Origin: Rhodospirillaceae bacterium
GTDB taxonomy: Bacteria > Pseudomonadota > Alphaproteobacteria > Rhodospirillales > Rhodospirillaceae
DNA: 64,000 nt
Direction: 5' to 3'
Assembly (NCBI GenBank): GCA_018666155.1
Contig: JABJAH010000036.1
Location: forward strand, 991-64,990
Shown here: positions 48,717-56,852 of the stretch, piece by piece
How positions within the stretch are numbered: the stretch's first letter is position 1
Layout: each line of letters begins with the position of its first letter
The notes under the pieces: generated by a model
Database searches by the model: none
What the model saw: the letters and a program-made list of their open reading frames with translations, nothing else
What the model was told of the DNA's origin: nothing
Made by a program: the position numbers and the translations under genes

Positions 48717-49181
48717 TTGATTCGTATTGTTCTTTTCCAGCCCGATATTCCCCAGAATGTTGGCGCAGTGCTCCGCCTGGGCGCCTGCTTCAATATTGCC
48801 GTGGATATCGTCGAACCCTGCGGCTTCGTCTGGGATGACAAACGGCTCCGGCGAGCTGGAATGGACTACGCCGAGAAAGCCTCTTTAACCCGGCACCCCT
48901 CCTGGAATAGCTATCAAGACAAGCAGTCTGAAGAGAGCGGCCGGATGCTTCTATTCACCACGAAGGCGGCGGTTCCATATCACACGTTTTCCTTCGCGCC
49001 TGGCGATCAGCTTGTTTTTGGCCGTGAGAGTGCCGGCGTGCCCGAAGACGTCCATGACGCAGCGGACGCGCGTTTGGTCATTCCAATGGCATCGGATACA
49101 CGATCACTCAATCTGGCCCAATCCGCATCGATTGCGGCGGCTGAAGCACTGCGCCAGCTGGATCAATGGCCTGACCCATGA
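48717..49181 (+). CDS. trmL: tRNA (cytidine/uridine-2'-O-)-methyltransferase TrmL (SpoU family)
   Basis: 154 aa. IVLFQPDIPQNVGAVLRLGACF and a C-terminal …RSLNLAQSASIA trefoil-knot region. The start codon is TTG. Confidence 0.85.
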   Translation: MIRIVLFQPDIPQNVGAVLRLGACFNIAVDIVEPCGFVWDDKRLRRAGMDYAEKASLTRHPSWNSYQDKQSEESGRMLLFTTKAAVPYHTFSFAPGDQLVFGRESAGVPEDVHDAADARLVIPMASDTRSLNLAQSASIAAAEALRQLDQWPDP

Positions 49182-49238
49182 CCGTGCGCGGTGGAGCAAC
49201 ATGACAACGGCGTAATATGCCCGCAATCTTCCTGTAAC

Positions 49239-49352
49239 GCTGGAGACCTTAAAAAGGGGCAGCAATTGTCGAGCAGACTACGGATCCCCTTCCCGTCTCC
49301 AGCTCTTGCTTCGTAGACTGACCCCACCCCTCAAAAGGTGGGGTCGTTTTTA
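49239..49352 (+). ncRNA. Candidate structured RNA / structured trmL 3'-UTR ending in a terminator
   Basis: Nested perfect stems: GCTGGAGAC (49239..49247) with GTCTCCAGC (49295..49303), enclosing AAGGGG (49254..49259) with CCCCTT (49286..49291). The terminator hairpin follows at 49320..49345. No family was recognised. Confidence 0.25.
49320..49352 (+). terminator. Rho-independent terminator
   Basis: GACCCCACC (49320..49328), an 8-nt loop, then GGTGGGGTC (49337..49345), followed by GTTTTT. The T-tract overlaps the cca stop codon on the other strand. Confidence 0.65.
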
Positions 49353-50597
49353 TGTGGAAAGGGATTTCAGCCGCGCTCGCAGATCAGATGGCGTCGAGAC
49401 AAACCCGCCATCAACCCATTCCTGCTCCACTTCTCTTAAGAGCGTCCCGATTCTGGGGCCGTCTTCGACACCGAGCCTTTGAACATCGGCGCCACCAAGA
49501 GGAAAGCGCCGGACCGTCCAGCCTCGAGCGCGCTCCATCAGATCAGACCAACCCGATGTCCTGTCTCCGCCCTCACGGGCGCTGGCAATGAGCACAGCCC
49601 CGACCGCCGGACAGTCTGGGTCGGTCGCATTTGCGAATTCATGAAGAAACCGATTACATGGAATGGGCTCGAACGCGTTGGCAGCGGCTAAGGCTGCCGC
49701 ATTCAAGGCCTCAATACTCTTTGTATCCTTGCCGGAAAGTTTCATGCGGCGAGCAACACTGCCAGACTCTTGATCAAACAACGCCACCCATCGTCGGCGC
49801 CAGGCTCTATCACCGCACGCCACATCAAACCTGCGCTCCACTGTCATAAGTGTACGCAGAGACTCTATCGCCGCTGTTTCGGGAAAGAGTTCGCCGAGAA
49901 CGCCAGTGTTCCCCATAGCGACTGTTGCGACTACGGGATCAGGCGCGTTGAGAAGTTTTGTGAATTCGTTACGAACTCGTTCCGTCGACAATGCGGCGAG
50001 GCCGTGACGCATCGCATTGCAAGCGGAAAGAATTGCGGAATCCGGCTCCCCCGCTCCGTAGAGCGCAACAAACCGAAAGTATCGCAGGATGCGCAGGTAA
50101 TCTTCTTGAATGCGATCGCGCGGATCGCCGACAAATTGCACCCGGCCCGCTTTCGCGTCATCGACGCCGCCAAACGGATCGAATAGCTCCCCATCCTGCC
50201 GCAAAGACAGCGCATTAAATGTAAAGTCCCGGCGCGAGGCATCTTCAACCCAGTCGGTGGTGAACTCGACTGCCGCATGACGCCCGTCACAGGCGGTGTC
50301 TTTTCGCAGGGTCGTGATCTCGAAAGGCTGCCGGCCGGCCACAGCCGTCACGGTGCCATGGGCTAGACCAGTCGGCACCGCCTTTAACCCGGCCTGCGCA
50401 AGCTTCTCGGTCACGACGTCCGGCTCGTCCGGTGTCGCAATATCGATGTCTTTTATGGGACGGGACAGGATCGCATCCCTGACGCAACCGCCAACGAAGC
50501 GAACGTCGGTTGCCGGCGCGCCCAAAGCGTTGAATACCGCTTGCACCGGCGCCGCACTCATCCAAAATGCGGGAGGTAGCCTGGCGGTCTCCGCCAC
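49350..50597 (-). CDS. cca: CCA-adding tRNA nucleotidyltransferase / poly(A) polymerase family
   Basis: 415 aa. Contains FVGGCVRDAIL…DIDIAT, the nucleotidyltransferase head-domain motifs. Confidence 0.85.
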   Translation of the reverse strand: MAETARLPPAFWMSAAPVQAVFNALGAPATDVRFVGGCVRDAILSRPIKDIDIATPDEPDVVTEKLAQAGLKAVPTGLAHGTVTAVAGRQPFEITTLRKDTACDGRHAAVEFTTDWVEDASRRDFTFNALSLRQDGELFDPFGGVDDAKAGRVQFVGDPRDRIQEDYLRILRYFRFVALYGAGEPDSAILSACNAMRHGLAALSTERVRNEFTKLLNAPDPVVATVAMGNTGVLGELFPETAAIESLRTLMTVERRFDVACGDRAWRRRWVALFDQESGSVARRMKLSGKDTKSIEALNAAALAAANAFEPIPCNRFLHEFANATDPDCPAVGAVLIASAREGGDRTSGWSDLMERARGWTVRRFPLGGADVQRLGVEDGPRIGTLLREVEQEWVDGGFVSTPSDLRARLKSLST

Positions 50598-50879
50598 CTA
50601 CTTCTCTTCCAGGTGCCCGGGGATCACGCGGCCGTCTTCATAGCGGGGTGGGGTGTAGGTCGCGTCGGGATCTGCCCCACGCGTTAAGGCTGTTGTCGCC
50701 ATAACCCCTAACGACAAGATCGCACCAAGCAGCAAGAGAAAGGGCCATGGCCCTTTCTCGATCTCGGGCGGCTCACCGCCATGACGTTTGACGTAGCCGG
50801 TTCGATACCACGCCCACGCCAAATAAACGGCGAGCGGCAACAGAAAAGGCAATGCATAGATTAAAAATGTTCTAGCCAT
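50598..50879 (-). CDS. Small two-TM membrane protein (hypothetical)
   Basis: Starts MARTFLIYALPFLLPLAVYLAWAWY, overlapping the upstream stop by ATGA. A second TM is PFLLLLGAILSLGVMA. It sits between nudL and cca. Confidence 0.5.
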   Translation of the reverse strand: MARTFLIYALPFLLPLAVYLAWAWYRTGYVKRHGGEPPEIEKGPWPFLLLLGAILSLGVMATTALTRGADPDATYTPPRYEDGRVIPGHLEEK

Positions 50880-51568
50880 CAGTCGCTTAAGACCTCGCTC
50901 AGGTTGACGATCATTCCAGCCGTGGCGCCCCAAATATAATGCTTTTTGTAGGGCATTGCGTAGTAGGCACGTTCGAGCCCATTCACAGTGCGACGAACCT
51001 TTTGATGGTTCGACCGATCCAAAAGAAACGCCAACGGCACCTCAAATATTGCAGCGACTTCGCTCGGCTCCGGTGTAAACCGCGCGGGTGGTGGCGAAAT
51101 GAAACCAACCACGGGCAGAACCTCGAAGCCGGTGATCGTTAGGTAGGGGTCTAGGCAGCCAAGCACGTCGACAACGTCAGGCACGATACCGACCTCTTCG
51201 TGAGCCTCCCGTAGCGCCGCCTCTATCTGGTCGGCATCACTGTCGTCGACCCGCCCACCTGGAAAGGCCACTTGGCCCCCGTGTTTGTTTAGATCGTCAC
51301 TGCGACGAGTCAGGAGAACCGTGATTTCGTCTTCGCGGTTGATCAACGGCACCAGCACGCCGGCAGCCACGCGCTTAGTCGTCACGCCAGGAGCGCCCGC
51401 GCCGCGCTCATAGGGAATGCCGCTGGACGGAACCGGACCATACCCCTTGGCTTCAAATTCGGTCAGGCCGTCCTCCGACAACAGGGCCCGGCCCGAAGCA
51501 ACGTCACCGCGCTCCGTGATGGTACGGTTGACCGCGAGACGGGTCTTTATTTCTTCAACCGTCATCAT
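50879..51568 (-). CDS. CoA pyrophosphatase (NUDIX hydrolase, NudL-like)
   Basis: 229 aa. Nudix box GGRVDDSDADQIEAALREAHEEVG, preceded by VLLTRRS…L..HGGQVAFPGG, typical of CoA pyrophosphatases. Confidence 0.8.
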   Translation of the reverse strand: MMTVEEIKTRLAVNRTITERGDVASGRALLSEDGLTEFEAKGYGPVPSSGIPYERGAGAPGVTTKRVAAGVLVPLINREDEITVLLTRRSDDLNKHGGQVAFPGGRVDDSDADQIEAALREAHEEVGIVPDVVDVLGCLDPYLTITGFEVLPVVGFISPPPARFTPEPSEVAAIFEVPLAFLLDRSNHQKVRRTVNGLERAYYAMPYKKHYIWGATAGMIVNLSEVLSD

Positions 51569-52137
51569 GTCGTCGCATCACCAATCGGAAAAAAGAGGCC
51601 CCGGCTCCACACCCCAAACCGCGTGCCGTTTTCGGTATTGTCCTCAACACCCAAGTCGACCAAATGGTAAAATACAGACCGCGCCAAACGCGCCTCCAAG
51701 GCTTTGCCTGTATCGATATAGGGTGACGGTTCACCGGTCTCCGGGTCGATCTCGACGCGAAGGGCATAATCAGGGCCGAGCGGAACAACGGCATCGAGAT
51801 TGGTACGAAAGTCGATAGCCTGATTTACTCCCTCTCCGTTGCAGGTCAGCTCCACAGCGATATACGGTACGTCTTCGACCTCGATCCGGCCATTCTCAAC
51901 CGGGGTGGTCAGCCAATAGGTGCCGTCATCGTGCCGATTAAGGACGGTCGAAAATAATTTGACCATTGGCTTACGCCCAATGGGCGACCCCCGGTAATAC
52001 CAGGTCCCATTGCGATCAATCCGAATGCCAAGATCGCCACAGTCCTCTTCCTCTCGTGCCCGAGCACCGGATGCACGCAAGGATGTGAGATGCGCAGACG
52101 CAGAATCTTCTTCTAAGTTGCCCACCTGAGCCTCCAT
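51565..52137 (-). CDS. DUF1285 domain protein
   Basis: 190 aa. IRIDRNGTWYYRGSPI…MVKLFSTVL is characteristic as I recall the family. ATGA overlap with the next gene. Confidence 0.7.
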   Translation of the reverse strand: MEAQVGNLEEDSASAHLTSLRASGARAREEEDCGDLGIRIDRNGTWYYRGSPIGRKPMVKLFSTVLNRHDDGTYWLTTPVENGRIEVEDVPYIAVELTCNGEGVNQAIDFRTNLDAVVPLGPDYALRVEIDPETGEPSPYIDTGKALEARLARSVFYHLVDLGVEDNTENGTRFGVWSRGLFFPIGDATT

Positions 52138-52182
52138 ACTCTCTGCACCAGATGAGAAATCCTTTTAATTGGAGATATTTAC

Positions 52183-53202
52183 GTGAGCGACACGATAACA
52201 CAAAGCCCAGCCGATCACGCGGATGTCTCCGTCGACGACGTTGAACGCGTCAGCGCCCAGATGGCTTCAGCAAAAGCGGCCGTGGAGACGGTCATTATGG
52301 GCCAAAGCGAGGTCGTAGAAGAAAGCTTGATTACCCTTCTGGCGGGTGGCCACGTCCTTCTGATCGGCGTCCCCGGTTTGGCCAAGACCAAGTTAGTTCA
52401 GACCCTTGGCACCGTTCTAGGCCTTGAAGACAAGCGCGTTCAATTCACGCCAGACTTGATGCCAGCGGATATTCTTGGCTCTGAAATTTTGGAAGAAGGA
52501 GAAGACGGCAAGCGCTTCTTCCGTTTCGTGAAGGGTCCGGTCTTCAGCCAGCTGCTCATGGCCGATGAAATTAATCGTGCCAGCCCGCGGACGCAGTCGG
52601 CACTGCTGCAAGCGATGCAAGAACGTCGCGTCTCCATCGCCGGGCAGAATCATGAACTGCCACAACCATTTCATGTTCTTGCAACCCAGAACCCAATCGA
52701 GCAAGAGGGCACCTACCCCCTACCTGAAGCACAACTCGACCGCTTCCTCATGCAGGTTGATATTTCCTATCCTGATGGCGAAGCAGAACGGCAAATCATT
52801 ATCGCCACAACAGGGGCAAAAGAAGTCGAGCCAGAAAAAGTGATGTCCGCGAACGACTTGATGGCCGCACAAGCCTTGGTGCGGCAATTGCCAGTCGGCG
52901 ACAGTGTGATTGACGCCATCTTAAAACTGGTACGAGCCGGTCGCCCGGAGACCACAGAAATCAGCGAAGTGCGGGATTGGGTTGCCTGGGGCCCAGGGCC
53001 GCGCGCGAGCCAAGCTCTGATGCTCGCGGTCAGGGCACGGGCACTGCTCGATGGCCGCCTCGCCCCATCGGTTGACGATGTCCTGGCCTTAGCCAAGCCG
53101 GTTCTACAACACCGCATGGCGTTGAGCTTCACTGCCCGGGCCGACGGTCGCAGCCTCGGCGACGTAATCGATCGTCTCCGCGACGCAGCCGACCCGAGCT
53201 AA
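52183..53202 (+). CDS. MoxR-family AAA+ ATPase
   Basis: 339 aa. Walker A is GVPGLAKT, Walker B region is LMADEINRASP, and ATQNPIEQEGTYPLPEAQLDRF is present. The start codon is GTG. Confidence 0.9.
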   Translation: MSDTITQSPADHADVSVDDVERVSAQMASAKAAVETVIMGQSEVVEESLITLLAGGHVLLIGVPGLAKTKLVQTLGTVLGLEDKRVQFTPDLMPADILGSEILEEGEDGKRFFRFVKGPVFSQLLMADEINRASPRTQSALLQAMQERRVSIAGQNHELPQPFHVLATQNPIEQEGTYPLPEAQLDRFLMQVDISYPDGEAERQIIIATTGAKEVEPEKVMSANDLMAAQALVRQLPVGDSVIDAILKLVRAGRPETTEISEVRDWVAWGPGPRASQALMLAVRARALLDGRLAPSVDDVLALAKPVLQHRMALSFTARADGRSLGDVIDRLRDAADPS

Positions 53203-53217
53203 GCACACTTTATTTTT

Positions 53218-54102
53218 ATGCCCGTAACCGCCCAGGTTCTCCAGCACAACGCCGAGCTGGCCGCATCGACTCTGCCGCCGCTGTTGATCGACGCCAGTCG
53301 TGTCGCTGCGACTGTATCCCTAGGCAGTCATGGCAGACGGCGGGCCGGGCCAGGAGACACCTTCTGGCAATTTCGCCATTACACCCAAAGTGATCCGGCA
53401 CACACGATCGACTGGCGGCAATCGGCAAAGTTTGGTCCGGTCTTTGTCCGCGAGCGAGAATGGGATGCAGCCCAGACCGGCGCCCTGTGGTGTGATTGCT
53501 CACCCTCCATGGCGTTCCGGTCATCCAAAAGATTACCAACCAAAGCCGAGCGTGCCGGCATCTTAGGATTAGGTCTTGCATCTTTACTGCTGCAGGGCGG
53601 TGAACGGGTCAGCCTACTCGGCTCAAAGGCTAAGGCCGCCTCCGGGCGGCTGGCATTAATTCAAATGGCCCACCATCTCGAGCGGGCGATCGCTGATGCG
53701 CCGCCTACAGATCTTCCGCAGGCGCCTGAGTCCCTCCCCCGCCATTCCGCCGTGGTGTTGGTCAGTGATTTTCTTGGGCCGATCAAAACCCTGGAAGCGA
53801 CACTGAAGTCCTACGCCGGACGCACAGTACGCGGCCACTTGTTACAAGTACTCGATCCGGCGGAAGAATCTTTGCCCTATAACGGACGCATCCGGTTTCA
53901 GGGTATGGAAGAAGAAGGCCAAATCCTAATCGAGCGGACAGAAGATGTGCGGGCCGAATACCGCCAGCGCCTTGCCGATCATCGCGCCCAACTCGTTGCT
54001 CTAACCAACAGAATCGGTTGGACCTTCGGTGTTCATCATACCGACCGACCACCCCACACCGCATTGGTTAGCCTGCATAACCGTTTGGCCGAGCAGCCAT
54101 GA
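53218..54102 (+). CDS. DUF58 domain protein
   Basis: 294 aa. Contains FRHYTQSDPAHTIDWRQSAK, the DUF58 hallmark (…Y..GD....IDW..SA). Confidence 0.8.
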   Translation: MPVTAQVLQHNAELAASTLPPLLIDASRVAATVSLGSHGRRRAGPGDTFWQFRHYTQSDPAHTIDWRQSAKFGPVFVREREWDAAQTGALWCDCSPSMAFRSSKRLPTKAERAGILGLGLASLLLQGGERVSLLGSKAKAASGRLALIQMAHHLERAIADAPPTDLPQAPESLPRHSAVVLVSDFLGPIKTLEATLKSYAGRTVRGHLLQVLDPAEESLPYNGRIRFQGMEEEGQILIERTEDVRAEYRQRLADHRAQLVALTNRIGWTFGVHHTDRPPHTALVSLHNRLAEQP

Positions 54103-56852
54103 TGACGCTCGGCGCTCTGACCTTTGCGAGTCCATGGGTTCTCACCACCCTAGCTGTCTTGCCACTCATTTGGTTACTGCTGCGGGTGACACCCCCTGCC
54201 GCGCGACGACTTTCCTTTCCGGCCATCCGGTTGCTGATTGGGCTGACCTCTCCTGAAAAATCTGCGGCGCGCACGCCGTGGTGGCTCATGCTGTTGCGTC
54301 TTGCCTGTATCGCGCTGCTCATCGTTGCATTGGCGGAGCCGGTTCTTAACCAACGCCAGAGTATGCAAAAAAGCCCGTTGGTTGTTGTCGTTGACGACGG
54401 TTGGGCGGCGGCACCGCAATGGACTCAGCGACAATCAGCCTTGGTCCGCTTGTTAGAAGGAGCTGTGCGCGAAAGCCGTCCAGTGATGCTAGCAACGACG
54501 GCTCCAGCACAAGCCGGAAAAGCGGACGCGTTGTCCTTCACACCACCTGGTCAAGCACTGGCATTGGCTCGGGCGATGGCCGCCAAACCCTGGTCATCAA
54601 ATCGAATAACGACGTTCCAACGTCTGCGCGACAGTGATCTCCGCCCGCCTGCTGAGGCGCTTTGGCTAACCGATGGCATTGCATCCACCGCAGACAAAGA
54701 GATCGCTGAATACCTCCAGAAACTTGGACGTCTGACGATCCTGACCGAAGCCAATCGCTCTGGCCCCATTGTCCTAGGTCCGGCCGATAGAGTTCCCGAA
54801 GGGGACGACAATGTTATTGAAGTCACCGTGCGGCGGCCCGCCGCCGCCGTCGCAGGTCCGAGCACAGTTGCCGTCGTTGCGCTTGATGCGGCTGGACGGA
54901 CCGTAGCTCGTGCTGACGCCAATTTTGAAGAGGGCACCGCGGTCACCACGGCCCGGTTTACCGTTCCCACCGAGCTCGGGAATCGCATGGCCCGGCTCAT
55001 GGTTGAGAATGAACTTGGCGCGGCCGGCATCTACCTGCTTGATGATCGATGGACGCGCCGACCTGTGGGCGTGGTTTCGGACAACCCCGACGGCATCATC
55101 ACTCCTCTTTTGGAAGACGGCTATTACGTTACCCAAGCCTTGCGTCCCTACGCCGAAGTGCGCGGCGGAACATTGCCCGACCTTTTACAACGCGATCTTG
55201 CGGTTGTTGTCCTCGCCAGTGGCAATCGGGTGACGGCACCGGAAGTCACTCTGCTTGAGCCCTGGATTGAGCGCGGTGGAGTTTTGGTCCGCTTTGCTGG
55301 GACGACCTTAGACGGCAACGTCGACACTTTGCTGCCAGTGCGCTTGAGAGGCGGAGGGCGCACCTTCGGTGGAACAATGTCATGGACCGAGCCCGTCGGG
55401 CTTGCCCCCTTTCCTGCAGAAAGTCCATTTGCCGGGCTGGCCGTACCAGATGATGTGTTGGTTTCATCACAAGTTCTTGCCGAACCATCGCCCGGCCTAA
55501 CCCAACGCACTTGGGCCCGGCTTACGGATGGAACACCGCTGGTCACTGCCGACCGTCGCGGACAGGGCTGGATTGTTCTGTTTCATGTCACCGCGACGCC
55601 GGACTGGTCGACGCTGCCTTTGTCTGGCGTCATGGTCGATATGCTTCGCCGGGTGCTCGATCTCAGCCGCGGTGTGAATGAAGCAACGTCAACATTGCCG
55701 CCGAGCTTGCCCGCGCGTGAAGTATTGACGGGTGACGGCCAATTGATCACGCCACCACCGACAGTGCTGGCGCTGGATCGCGACGACATCGGCGACCCGG
55801 ACATCGGACCAGCACACCCGCCGGGATATTACGGCGCCGGTGCGACGCGGATCGCCGTAAACCTCGGTCCGACAATCGGACCGATGGAACCGCAAGGAGC
55901 GTGGCCCACGAACGTCATTGTCGCCAATTTTGATGCGGTCGCTGCCGAACGAACGTTGAAACCCTGGCTGCTGTTTGCCGCCTTGGTGCTGTTTACGATC
56001 GACTTGATTGTATCCTTGGTCCTGCGTGGACTGGTGTCGATTCCTCAGGTTGGTCGCGTTGGTGTCACGGCGGCCCTCGGATTGATGATCATCACCTCCA
56101 CCCCCAACGTGGCTATGGGGGCCGGCGATGAGATCGACCCTGCAACCATAGATGCTGTCCTTGAAACACGACTCGCATACGTCCGCACCGGCCGCGCCAA
56201 TATTGATCAGTTGTCGGCGCAGGGTCTCGGCGCATTGACCGCCGTCCTTGCCGCGCGAACGTCGGCTGAAATGGCCGCGCCCGCTGAAGTCGACCCCGAA
56301 ACAGATGAGCTCTTCCCCTACCCCATTGTCTATTGGCGCATCGCATCAGACCAAGAGCCGCCGACAGAACAAGCGGCCGCGAGGATCAATGACTACCTCG
56401 GACGTGGCGGCACCATCGTTTTCGACGCGCCGAATCAGATCGGCGCCAATGACGGTGACGAGGGAGAACAGGTCGGCCAAGCTCTCAATAATGTTTTGTT
56501 GCGTCTCAATGTCTCCCAGTTGATGCAAGTGCCAGAGAACCATGTCCTGCGGCGCAGCTTTTACCTCTTGCCTGATCTGCCCGGTCGCTACACCGGCGCG
56601 CCGGTTTACGTTGAGCGCGGATCGGTGAGCAACGACGGTGTTTCTTCGATTATCATTGGTAGTCATGATTGGGCGGCGGCCTGGGCGCGCGACAGCCGAG
56701 GCTTGCCAATCTATCCCGTCGTTCCTGGCGGCGAGCGTCAACGGGAATGGTCCTATCGCTTTGGCGTCAATCTAGTGATGTACGCCCTGACAGGAAACTA
56801 CAAAGCAGATCAAGTTCATTTGCCCGCGATCATGCAACGGTTGACGCAATGA
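54099..56852 (+). CDS. Membrane protein with BatA-type N-terminal double-TM domain and C-terminal DUF4159-like domain
   Basis: 917 aa. The N-terminus is FASPWVLTTLAVLPLIWLLLR. The C-terminal region has FPYPIVYWRI…INDYLGRGGTIVFDA. The would-be MIDAS position reads VVVVDDGWAA. Confidence 0.7.
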   Translation: MMTLGALTFASPWVLTTLAVLPLIWLLLRVTPPAARRLSFPAIRLLIGLTSPEKSAARTPWWLMLLRLACIALLIVALAEPVLNQRQSMQKSPLVVVVDDGWAAAPQWTQRQSALVRLLEGAVRESRPVMLATTAPAQAGKADALSFTPPGQALALARAMAAKPWSSNRITTFQRLRDSDLRPPAEALWLTDGIASTADKEIAEYLQKLGRLTILTEANRSGPIVLGPADRVPEGDDNVIEVTVRRPAAAVAGPSTVAVVALDAAGRTVARADANFEEGTAVTTARFTVPTELGNRMARLMVENELGAAGIYLLDDRWTRRPVGVVSDNPDGIITPLLEDGYYVTQALRPYAEVRGGTLPDLLQRDLAVVVLASGNRVTAPEVTLLEPWIERGGVLVRFAGTTLDGNVDTLLPVRLRGGGRTFGGTMSWTEPVGLAPFPAESPFAGLAVPDDVLVSSQVLAEPSPGLTQRTWARLTDGTPLVTADRRGQGWIVLFHVTATPDWSTLPLSGVMVDMLRRVLDLSRGVNEATSTLPPSLPAREVLTGDGQLITPPPTVLALDRDDIGDPDIGPAHPPGYYGAGATRIAVNLGPTIGPMEPQGAWPTNVIVANFDAVAAERTLKPWLLFAALVLFTIDLIVSLVLRGLVSIPQVGRVGVTAALGLMIITSTPNVAMGAGDEIDPATIDAVLETRLAYVRTGRANIDQLSAQGLGALTAVLAARTSAEMAAPAEVDPETDELFPYPIVYWRIASDQEPPTEQAAARINDYLGRGGTIVFDAPNQIGANDGDEGEQVGQALNNVLLRLNVSQLMQVPENHVLRRSFYLLPDLPGRYTGAPVYVERGSVSNDGVSSIIIGSHDWAAAWARDSRGLPIYPVVPGGERQREWSYRFGVNLVMYALTGNYKADQVHLPAIMQRLTQ

